Below are positions 1 to 6,720 of a stretch of 16,177 nucleotides of DNA, one piece after another; the stretch's first letter is position 1; each line of letters starts with the position of its first letter. The notes beneath the pieces were generated by a model. The model made no database searches. It was not told the origin of the DNA and was given only the letters and a program-made list of their open reading frames with translations. Origin of the DNA: Gemmatimonadota bacterium (lineage in GTDB: Bacteria > Gemmatimonadota > Gemmatimonadetes > Gemmatimonadales > GWC2-71-9); the NCBI GenBank assembly GCA_036679605.1, contig JAZDCZ010000293.1, positions 1 through 16,177 of the forward strand, given 5' to 3'. Position numbers and translations under genes: made by a program.

Positions 1-930
1 GACCGCGTGCGCAGATTGGGTCGATTCGTTACCGGTGAGGAACTACGGATATTCGTGGAGCAATACTTGGTAGCCGAACATCCGACTTGCGTTCTTAGTC
101 CACAGGACGGAGATTCGATTGACGGTTCCGCGTCCGAAACATTACTCAACATGCGCGTCAACGAGACTTTACGCGACTTCGTGCGAGCACGACTGCCTCG
201 CACGGATCCAGGCCTCCATCGCTTTCTTCAGAGGTCATCGCGTGGCCGGCTCACAGTGACCTTCGATAGTGAAGAAGCAAAAGTAAATCACCGGGCTGAA
301 CTAATTACATCATCTTATCCAATGGTTCGAGCCATCGCCAAACGATACGATGATGAACCCTCTCTAGTTCACCCTGTTACGGCCGTGAGCGTAGCTTCAA
401 GTGCCGTGCCGACCGGGCAGTATTTCTTTATTTGGGCCTCAATAGAAGAGACAGGCGTACGTAAGGGCCGGTCTCTGTGGGCCATAGTTGTTCCCGCGAG
501 TGGGAACGAACCGGTCGACTCGGAAGACTCCGAAACACTCCTTCACCAGATGGTGCTCTTCGGCGGAAGGTGGGAGGGCTTTGAATCTCCACCAAGTGAT
601 TTCACAGCAGATCTTTTTCAAAAAGCAATGTCGTGTCTGATGGAACGGCAGTCCACTTACCGGCACGAGATGCGAAAACGAAACGCTACGCGTGTCGATC
701 AGCGACTCAGCTCGTTGGAGTCATCCTATCGTGCGAAGCGTATCGAGAAAGAAAGGCGCCTCGACGAGAGTCGTATTCGAGGGCACAAGCGTGCGGTTCC
801 CCTGTTCGAGGCGCAATTACGCAAGCTTGACTCAGAATTTGAGGAACGGTGCCAGCAAATGGAGCAGAACCGAGCGGTTTCAGTAAGTTCAACGGTAGAG
901 GGAGCGGGATATGTCTGCGTGGTGGCATAG
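1..930 (+). CDS. C-terminal part of a probable RapA/SNF2-like helicase (5' end outside the window)
   Basis: Frame 1 is open from base 1 to TAG 928-930. 'TVTFDSEEA...AELITSSYPMVRAI' resembles the TF..(E)..HP(L/M)(I/V) segment of RapA-like C-terminal regions, followed by a long charged coiled-coil. No helicase core motifs lie inside the window, so the family call is an inference. Confidence 0.55.
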   Translation, partial: DRVRRLGRFVTGEELRIFVEQYLVAEHPTCVLSPQDGDSIDGSASETLLNMRVNETLRDFVRARLPRTDPGLHRFLQRSSRGRLTVTFDSEEAKVNHRAELITSSYPMVRAIAKRYDDEPSLVHPVTAVSVASSAVPTGQYFFIWASIEETGVRKGRSLWAIVVPASGNEPVDSEDSETLLHQMVLFGGRWEGFESPPSDFTADLFQKAMSCLMERQSTYRHEMRKRNATRVDQRLSSLESSYRAKRIEKERRLDESRIRGHKRAVPLFEAQLRKLDSEFEERCQQMEQNRAVSVSSTVEGAGYVCVVA

Positions 931-2368
931 GTTTATTCCAGGAAAGAGGCATCAACCGAAACCCGAACAGCCGGGGACGGACGCCCTCGCGCCGAAAGGC
1001 CGGATACCCGAGCACCTCCGTAGAGTAACCGTCGGACTTGACTTTGGTACATCAACTACGAAGTGTTGCTTTCGAGAGGATGCGGACCAGAAACCTTTTG
1101 TGCTCGTGGGCTATGATGCGAAAAGTCACGTCCTCTTTCCCAGCACAATCGCGTTCGAAGGGGGAAGGCTATTGTTCGGGCATGATGCGGAGATCGATGG
1201 CTCATCGACTGTTATCCGTTCGTTCAAGATGTGTTTGCTGTGTCAAGCACGGAAAGAGGCGTGTCAGAATAATACCGAGGCGAACACCTGTCCAAACTGC
1301 TTGAAGGACCGTCCTGGATATTTCCTGTTGGGCTCCAAGCAAGTATCGGCCGAGACACTGTCCATTCTCTATTTAGCTGTCGTGCTTGGGGCTGCGAAAG
1401 AGCGTGTTGCTGCGGCGTTCGGAGTGCGGCAGGACCAGATTCGCTATGTCATCAACTCTGCTGCGCCGCTCGACCAGATGAGCGAATTCGGAGAGGTCGG
1501 TGAATACTTTGAGAATGCGTTGTACTATGGGTGGTTATTAGCAGATGTTTCCAAGCAAGCATGGCTATTGGACGATGCGATCGCTGCCCTCGAACGAAAT
1601 CGCCTTGAATTAAGACCACCCGTTGAAGAAAGCCCAACTCGCGTATTTCCGGAAACGCATGCGGCAATGACGGCCTATCTCCTGTTACCGCAGAGTGAGA
1701 GTGGGCTTTATGGTCTTGTTGATATTGGCGCAGGTACGACTGACGTAGCTTTCTTTTGGCTGCAGAAAGATGATGAAAGAACGACCGCGTGGTACTACTC
1801 GGCCGGTAGCAGGCGAATCGGTATGGACGATGTCGATTACGCGTTGGCCGTTCCTTTGGGAATTGCACCAAATGTCGCGCGCGCGGCACGAGAAGCATTG
1901 AGTGAAGTGGAAATAGATGCACACGATTCCTTGATTAAGCCGATCGCCAGTCGGATCTATCAGCACCAAGCTGTCGTGCTTGATGACGCGATGCGAATAG
2001 ACCAACGACCACGGGCTTGGTTCAATAAAGGCAAGGCGTTGTACAAGTTGTTTCTAGTGGGTGGCGGTTCAATCTGCACCCCCGTCACTGAACGAATGAA
2101 ACGCGATCCACCACGTCACATGTCTCGTTGGGAGGAGCCACCGTCGCAGCTTGCGATTCCTGGTCGCACTAGCGTAATGCTCCCGACGGGGGAAACGGTT
2201 CCGCTTAAATCGCTGCAGGAGCCTCATTCAGCTCGCCTCTTGCTTTTGGCTTGCGGTCTCGCATTTCGCCGCCCCGATATACCTAAGTATGAGCGTGACA
2301 CAGAAGGAGTGAAAATAGTTCTCAGGGAACGCGAAGTCCCTGACGAATTCACCGGCCATTGGTGGTAG
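911..2368 (+). CDS. Hsp70/actin-fold (ASKHA) ATPase without a DnaK substrate-binding domain, carrying a CxxC...CxxC insert
   Basis: 485-aa ORF with phosphate-1 GLDFGTSTTK, connect-1 VFPETHAA, phosphate-2 VDIGAGTTDV and adenosine LVGGGS motifs. CLLC and CPNC occur at 1232-1300. GGAG at 901-904 precedes the ATG, and the start overlaps the upstream gene by 20 nt. Confidence 0.8.
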   Translation: MSAWWHRFIPGKRHQPKPEQPGTDALAPKGRIPEHLRRVTVGLDFGTSTTKCCFREDADQKPFVLVGYDAKSHVLFPSTIAFEGGRLLFGHDAEIDGSSTVIRSFKMCLLCQARKEACQNNTEANTCPNCLKDRPGYFLLGSKQVSAETLSILYLAVVLGAAKERVAAAFGVRQDQIRYVINSAAPLDQMSEFGEVGEYFENALYYGWLLADVSKQAWLLDDAIAALERNRLELRPPVEESPTRVFPETHAAMTAYLLLPQSESGLYGLVDIGAGTTDVAFFWLQKDDERTTAWYYSAGSRRIGMDDVDYALAVPLGIAPNVARAAREALSEVEIDAHDSLIKPIASRIYQHQAVVLDDAMRIDQRPRAWFNKGKALYKLFLVGGGSICTPVTERMKRDPPRHMSRWEEPPSQLAIPGRTSVMLPTGETVPLKSLQEPHSARLLLLACGLAFRRPDIPKYERDTEGVKIVLREREVPDEFTGHWW

Positions 2369-2414
2369 CAGTAAATTGTCCCTCTCGTGGTTGCTTGCCA
2401 CCATCGGAAATAGT

Positions 2415-2434
2415 GTCCCCAGTCAGTCCCCAGT
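2415..2434. repeat. Direct repeat GTCCCCAGT x2 with 11-bp period; candidate integrase arm-type sites
   Basis: Copies at 2415-2423 and 2426-2434, about 130 bp left of the tmRNA-like fragment. Confidence 0.55.
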
Positions 2435-2565
2435 AAATGCGGTCTACAAACGGCTGCAACGGTCAAGAGTGGTCTTGTTGAGTCTGTTCGTAACCACGGC
2501 ATCTACCGAAGGTTATGAGTTAAATCGTTATCAAATCAGTACTTATGAAACAGGGGGGCACGGAA

Positions 2566-2585
2566 TTCGATTCCCCCCGCCTCCA
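2566..2585 (+). mobile_element. Fragment of a tmRNA (ssrA)-like 3' end; probable att core of an integrative element
   Basis: TTCGATTCCCCCCGCCTCCA matches the T-loop, 3' T-stem and 3' acceptor strand pattern of tmRNA (..GGTTCGAnTCCCnnCGCCTCCA). The rest of the gene is absent. A tRNA origin cannot be fully excluded. Confidence 0.7.
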
Positions 2586-2630
2586 ATGTAAGTGCTTGTG
2601 AACAAAGGAGTTGCAGGCGATCAAAAACAC

Positions 2631-2650
2631 TTCCTGGCTAGTTCCTGGCT
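2631..2650. repeat. Direct repeat TTCCTGGCT x2 with 11-bp period; candidate integrase arm-type sites
   Basis: Copies at 2631-2639 and 2642-2650, 45 bp right of the att-like core. Confidence 0.55.
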
Positions 2651-2714
2651 GATTGGGGTCGAAATGCCCTAACGGAAAACGAACATGCGGCCCATTCGGG
2701 GCGGGGGGAACCGG

Positions 2715-2905
2715 CAATGCCGTTGACGTAAGCCACACTCATTTTAACCGCTCTTCCTTTGATACACTTGTTTATGTTCCGCTTGGTGGCCCGCGGTTGT
2801 GACGGTCGTGGATGCTTGGGACGGTAGTACTTGACCCTTCCGATCTGCTCCAGCAATTCGGTAAACTGCTGCAAGGCCTGCCCGATCGAGACGCCGGTGG
2901 AAGAC
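2715..2905 (-). mobile_element. IS4-family remnant: one terminal IR plus the transposase C-terminal tail
   Basis: CAATGCCGTTGACGTAAG (2715-2732) resembles the E. coli IS4 end TAATGCCGATCAGTTAAG (recalled). The minus frame reads ..QQFTELLEQIGRVKYYRPKHPRPSQPRATKR.. into it, like the basic 'RP.R..PR..KR' tail of IS4 transposases. No second IR or DDE domain was seen, and the inner boundary is approximate. Confidence 0.6.
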
Positions 2906-2960
2906 GCACCGAGCGGCTGGATCCGGAACAACGTGGCCGAAAAAAATTTCTCCACAGGCC

Positions 2961-2989
2961 GGAAGAAACCCGACCCTTGCCGCATCTAA
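2961..2989 (+). promoter_or_regulatory. Putative ECF-sigma promoter GGAAGAA-N14-GCATCTAA (copy 1)
   Basis: GGAAGAA at 2961-2967 and GCATCTAA at 2982-2989. The same boxes and spacing occur at 6258-6286, and both copies are intergenic, upstream of + strand gene runs. Confidence 0.7.
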
Positions 2990-3124
2990 TTGGTAAGGCC
3001 GGTCGTAGCTGACGGCTCGACTCATCGTGAGTCGGGTGGCACGATTGGCCGTTCGGGCTGGACCGCAGGTGTCGAAGATCGGGTGCGCTGGTGCGGTCAA
3101 AACTCACTGAAGGAGATTGTGGAG

Positions 3125-3880
3125 ATGAAAAGTATTGTGAAGGCGATGATGTTGTCGGCTGCGGTGGTTTTTGGACTGGGCGTGAACCCTGTGTCCGCGC
3201 AGCATGATCACGGCGGACACGATCATGGGGCTCATGAGCACGGTGAGGGCGCCGGTCACTCGCACGGGCGGGTCGAAGGTCACGGCGGGGTGGTCACGAT
3301 GTCGAAGGAGTTTCATATCGAGACGGTGTTCATGCCGGATGAAGTCCGTCTCTATCTTTATGACGGCTCGCAGAACCCAATGCATGTCAAGCATTGGAAG
3401 AATGGGCTGGTAGAGGCGACGGGCGTAGTGGATTTCCGTGATAGCGGCCGCAGAGCGAAGACGCTGAAGTTTGTGCGCGGTACACCGGTCAGCTACGCCT
3501 GCCCGATGTGTACTGGTCAGGAATCCAGCAAACCCGGGAAATGCCCCAAATGCAGCATGAGTCTCGTTAAACAGGACATACCTGAAGGCACGTTGTGGTC
3601 ATGCCCGATGCATGCCGACGAGAATGGCAAAGCAGCGGGCACGTGCGCCGATTGTGGTATGAAGTACACACCACAGGACTACCTTGTCGCTCCGGCAGAT
3701 CTTTCGGACCTGAAAGCGGGCGACGCGAGAGTCACTTTCGACTTGAAGAATCTTCCCGGCAAGAGTGAACGTACGCTCCGGTTCACAGAAAAGTTCACGC
3801 CCGGCAAGATGCATGATGAGCATGAGGACGGCGAACACGGACACGGTGATCATGACGACGATCATGACCACGATCATTAA
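3125..3880 (+). CDS. Secreted His-rich protein with two heavy-metal-binding (HMBD-like) domains; candidate periplasmic metallochaperone
   Basis: Start placed at ATG 3125 (AAGGAG/GGAG upstream). Signal peptide MKSIVKAMMLSAAVVFGLGVNPVSA-Q, His-rich N- and C-terminal tracts, and motifs YACPMC..PGKCPKCSMSL and WSCPMH..GTCADCGMKY. 251 aa. Confidence 0.85.
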   Translation: MKSIVKAMMLSAAVVFGLGVNPVSAQHDHGGHDHGAHEHGEGAGHSHGRVEGHGGVVTMSKEFHIETVFMPDEVRLYLYDGSQNPMHVKHWKNGLVEATGVVDFRDSGRRAKTLKFVRGTPVSYACPMCTGQESSKPGKCPKCSMSLVKQDIPEGTLWSCPMHADENGKAAGTCADCGMKYTPQDYLVAPADLSDLKAGDARVTFDLKNLPGKSERTLRFTEKFTPGKMHDEHEDGEHGHGDHDDDHDHDH

Positions 3881-3985
3881 TGATAATTACGACAGCAGCC
3901 GCTTGATCCAACGTGTGATGTTCAGGCACTCAGCTTGACGACATGTTTTGTACCTACGCATGGTGTACATCGGAGTTCGTATCTG

Positions 3986-4456
3986 ATGAAAGAATCGGAA
4001 CCGTCCAGAAGAAGATTCCTTGCCCGCGTTGTAGTGGCGTTGAACGCCTTCGTTGCGATGGTCGTTGCCACGCCCGCGGTCGGCTACTTGTTGTCGCCGC
4101 TGCTCAGACGGCGATCCAGCCAATGGGTTGCAATCGGTAAGGCCACAAAGTTTGTGGCCGGAATCCCGAAACGGGTTATGTACGAGTACGACGATGAGAG
4201 CAGCTATAGCGTCGAGCGGACACGCCGTGTCGCTTTCGTGGGCCGTAGCGAAGACGAGCTCATCGTCCTGTCACCCGTTTGCACACACATGGGCTGCAAC
4301 GTCGCCTTTAACGATAAATCGAGCTCTTTCGAGTGCCCATGCCACGGAGGCAAGTACGACATGTCCGGCCGCGTGGTGGACGGTCCACCGCCGGAGCCGC
4401 TGAGAAGGTTTCAGACACGTTTGCGCGATGGGAACTTGGAGATTCAGGTCACGTGA
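3986..4456 (+). CDS. Rieske 2Fe-2S subunit of a Rieske/cytochrome b complex (QcrA/PetC-like)
   Basis: ATG 3986 with GGAG at 3972-3975. Tat motif SRRRFL plus a TM helix, box I CTHMGC, box II CPCHGGKY, and GPPPEPL. Confidence 0.93.
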   Translation: MKESEPSRRRFLARVVVALNAFVAMVVATPAVGYLLSPLLRRRSSQWVAIGKATKFVAGIPKRVMYEYDDESSYSVERTRRVAFVGRSEDELIVLSPVCTHMGCNVAFNDKSSSFECPCHGGKYDMSGRVVDGPPPEPLRRFQTRLRDGNLEIQVT

Positions 4457-6183
4457 GCAACGATCGCGATTCAACCAAGGACACCACTGCAGGCAGGGCC
4501 TCGATCCTGTCATGGTTGCGGATTCCGCATGTCGTGCGTGACCTGTTCGATGAGCGATTGCCCAAGGGTGTCGGTTGGCCGCACGTCTTTGGCTCGACGC
4601 TGCTCGCCCTGATTGCGCTTCAGGTGGTCACAGGAGTGCTTCTCTCGCTGAACTACACCGCTTCAACATCAACAGCATGGGAAAGCGTTCGTTACATTCA
4701 GGATCGGGTGGTCTTCGGAGCACTCGTCCGCGGGATACACCATTGGGCGGCATCGGCCTCCATCGTCGTGGCTGCTCTGCATCTCGGGAGAGTGTTCCTG
4801 TTCGCCGCATACCGATCACCGAGGCGATGGACCTGGGTCGCCGGCGTGCTGCTTCTGTTCGTGCTCCTCGGGTTCGGCCTGACGGGCTACCTACTGCCCT
4901 GGGATCTGAAAGCCTACTTTGGCACGAAAGTGGCTACCGAGATACCCGGATCGCTGCCAGTCATTGGTCCGTACCTCTTGCGGATCATCCGCGGCAGCGC
5001 GGATGTCGGTCCCTTTACGCTCACGCGTTTCTACTCCGCTCATGTTATTCTCTTGCCCGCAGCACTGGCTGCATTGTTGACGGTTCATCTTTACCTTGTG
5101 AGACGGCACGGTATCACGCCGCCGTGGACACGGAATGGCGAAGCGGGCAAAGCCGAGCAATCGTTCTTCCCGTTCCAGGCTGCGAAAGATTCGGTAGCCA
5201 TCCTCGTCGTGTTAGTAGTCGTTTTTGTGACGGCCTTTTGGATCGGCGCTCCGTTGGAGGCCAAGGCCGATCCGACCAACTCGTCTTACGTGCCACGCCC
5301 GGACTGGTACTTTCTCGGTCTTCAACACCTGCTTCGCATCATTCAAGGAAAGTGGCAGATTCTCGCTACAGCGATTATCCCCGGTGCCTTCGCGACGTTG
5401 CTTCTTGCATGGCCATGGTTGGATCGCAATAACGAACGCCGACTTCGATCAAGACCCATCGCCCTGATGCTTGGGGCGGTATGCGTTGCCTCGGTACTGG
5501 GGATGACGTTCGCGGGCTACGCCGCAGTACAGGAAGAAGTACGTCGGATGGCGGAATTGCAAACGGGCCCATCCACGTCCGCACAAGCGCCGGCGGAGAT
5601 TCTTGCGACAAGTCCTGACGACCGAGCGTGCAACGGCGAGCGGTTGTACGCCGCGATGAGATGCGCCTCGTGTCACGGTCCGGAGCGTCAAGAGGTAATC
5701 CCCGGTCTGCCGCCGGACTTGAACTATGCGGGCAGTAAACTTCGAGAGGATTGGATGCGGGACTATCTTCTTGAACCCCATCCAATTCGCTACCAATCCG
5801 ACGGTGTCCGACCGTTACTGAGGATGCCGGACTATCACCTGTCGGCCGACGAAGCCGTAGCCCTGTCGGCGTATCTAACTACGCGGACCGATGTGGCTCG
5901 TTTTGGCTCTGCGGTTCCCGAGCAAGGATCGGCACGCGACCAGATAGCTGAAGGGAAGCGGTTGTTCGCCAATTATCAATGCGTTGGATGTCACGTGCTC
6001 CGGTCGGAGGGTAATCGCATTGGACCTGACCTGACCCACGTGGGCACGCGACTCAAAGCCGCCTACCTGGACGTGTTTCTTCGAGAACCGGAAGCGGTAA
6101 TACCTGGGACGTCGATGAAGAACTTTGATCTGTGGAAGGAAGAACGAGCCGCGCTGGTAGCGTTTCTTGCATCGCAAGAATGA
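4453..6183 (+). CDS. Fused cytochrome b6-like / subunit IV / di-haem cytochrome c protein
   Basis: Likely GTG start at 4453 (GTGA overlap with the Rieske stop). Haem b His ligands in RGIHHW, ALHLGR, SAHVIL and TVHLYL. Also GYLLPWD, Qo motif PDWY, and two CxxCH sites (CASCH, CVGCH), each followed by P-D-L and a distal Met motif (RMP, TSMK). Confidence 0.93.
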   Translation: MSNDRDSTKDTTAGRASILSWLRIPHVVRDLFDERLPKGVGWPHVFGSTLLALIALQVVTGVLLSLNYTASTSTAWESVRYIQDRVVFGALVRGIHHWAASASIVVAALHLGRVFLFAAYRSPRRWTWVAGVLLLFVLLGFGLTGYLLPWDLKAYFGTKVATEIPGSLPVIGPYLLRIIRGSADVGPFTLTRFYSAHVILLPAALAALLTVHLYLVRRHGITPPWTRNGEAGKAEQSFFPFQAAKDSVAILVVLVVVFVTAFWIGAPLEAKADPTNSSYVPRPDWYFLGLQHLLRIIQGKWQILATAIIPGAFATLLLAWPWLDRNNERRLRSRPIALMLGAVCVASVLGMTFAGYAAVQEEVRRMAELQTGPSTSAQAPAEILATSPDDRACNGERLYAAMRCASCHGPERQEVIPGLPPDLNYAGSKLREDWMRDYLLEPHPIRYQSDGVRPLLRMPDYHLSADEAVALSAYLTTRTDVARFGSAVPEQGSARDQIAEGKRLFANYQCVGCHVLRSEGNRIGPDLTHVGTRLKAAYLDVFLREPEAVIPGTSMKNFDLWKEERAALVAFLASQE

Positions 6184-6257
6184 TCGAAACAACGGTGTGG
6201 TTTCCGTTGGCTTCCGTGTACCTGATATAGGGAAATGAACTAATTTACGTTTCGCCG

Positions 6258-6286
6258 GGAAGAATCTAACGTTACCAAGCATCTAA
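6258..6286 (+). promoter_or_regulatory. Putative ECF-sigma promoter GGAAGAA-N14-GCATCTAA (copy 2)
   Basis: GGAAGAA at 6258-6264, a 14-nt spacer, and GCATCTAA at 6279-6286, upstream of the RND operon. Confidence 0.7.
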
Positions 6287-6331
6287 AAAATGTGGTCCCT
6301 ATCAAGCGCGTTGTGCCGATAGGGCTACAAG

Positions 6332-6385
6332 AAAGCGGCGAGTGCTGAGGCGATTGAAAACCTGCACAGCACTCCTCCGCTTTTT
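6332..6385 (+). terminator. Long imperfect hairpin ending in a T5 run (terminator- or attenuator-like)
   Basis: AAAGCGG-C-GAGTGCTG-AGG...CCT-GCA-CAGCACTC-CT-CCGCTTTTT; the arms are complementary. Confidence 0.45.
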
Positions 6386-6435
6386 GAGTACTGGGCGCCG
6401 TGGCGTTCCAAACGACGGCCTATGAGGTAAAGGGA

Positions 6436-6720
6436 ATGACGAAGTTTATTGCATTGAATGGATACACTGGAAGTATGATCGGTCTCGTCGCGACAACCAT
6501 ACCCTCTAGGATGCGGCCGCCAAGCCGACGGAGACCATCCGGGGTGTCAGAACGACTTTCTTCCACGGTGTTTCACGAAAACCGGTCAACAACTACGTCC
6601 CTTGGTGTTATGCTTCGCGCAGAAGACTCCGAGGCGGCGCGGCCGATCCTTGAAAGTTTCAAGCGACGTGCTCGCCAACTAACACGCATTTTCCTGGGGG
6701 AGGCTACTCCGAATGGATAA
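6436..6720 (+). CDS. Hypothetical 94-aa ORF, possibly degenerate
   Basis: GAGGTAAAGGGA lies directly before ATG 6436, and the stop overlaps the next start (ATGGATAA). No recognisable motif. Confidence 0.3.
   Translation: MTKFIALNGYTGSMIGLVATTIPSRMRPPSRRRPSGVSERLSSTVFHENRSTTTSLGVMLRAEDSEAARPILESFKRRARQLTRIFLGEATPNG

Noticed and set aside
911..2368. Calling this gene dnaK, ftsA or mreB
   Set aside because: Only the generic ASKHA motifs match. There is no DnaK substrate-binding domain and no dnaJ/grpE, fts or mre context.
2545..2590. Complete tRNA or tmRNA gene
   Set aside because: Only the 3' 20 nt match. There is no 5' T-stem continuity, D or anticodon arm, or tmRNA body. The GGGGGG/CCCCCC pairing gives only a short hairpin.
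2376..3107. Short ORFs 2376-2591, 2520-2738, 2744-3100, 2772-3107 and 2812-3012 as genes
   Set aside because: They run across att-like, IS-remnant and promoter sequence and have no recognisable motifs. Only part of the 2638-2985 minus frame is kept, as a transposase tail.
3805..3880. GATCATGAC-like short repeats as a CRISPR or DNA repeat array
   Set aside because: Explained by His/Asp codons of the protein tail. No repeat-spacer array was seen anywhere in the window.
2990..4452. ORF-track starts at 2990, 3935 and 4333 (also 11182 and 15165)
   Set aside because: Downstream starts (3125, 3986, 4453, 11218, 15192) have RBS or stop-start coupling and put signal peptides or conserved N-termini first.
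4575..5432. 285-aa alternative-frame ORF, and the many other overlapping or antisense ORFs inside the large genes
   Set aside because: Shadow frames expected in GC-rich coding DNA. They are Arg/Ser/Pro-rich, lack motifs, and lie fully within well-supported genes.
6190..6209. CAACGG/CCGTTG hairpin as terminator of the cytochrome operon
   Set aside because: Only a 6-bp stem with no U-tract.
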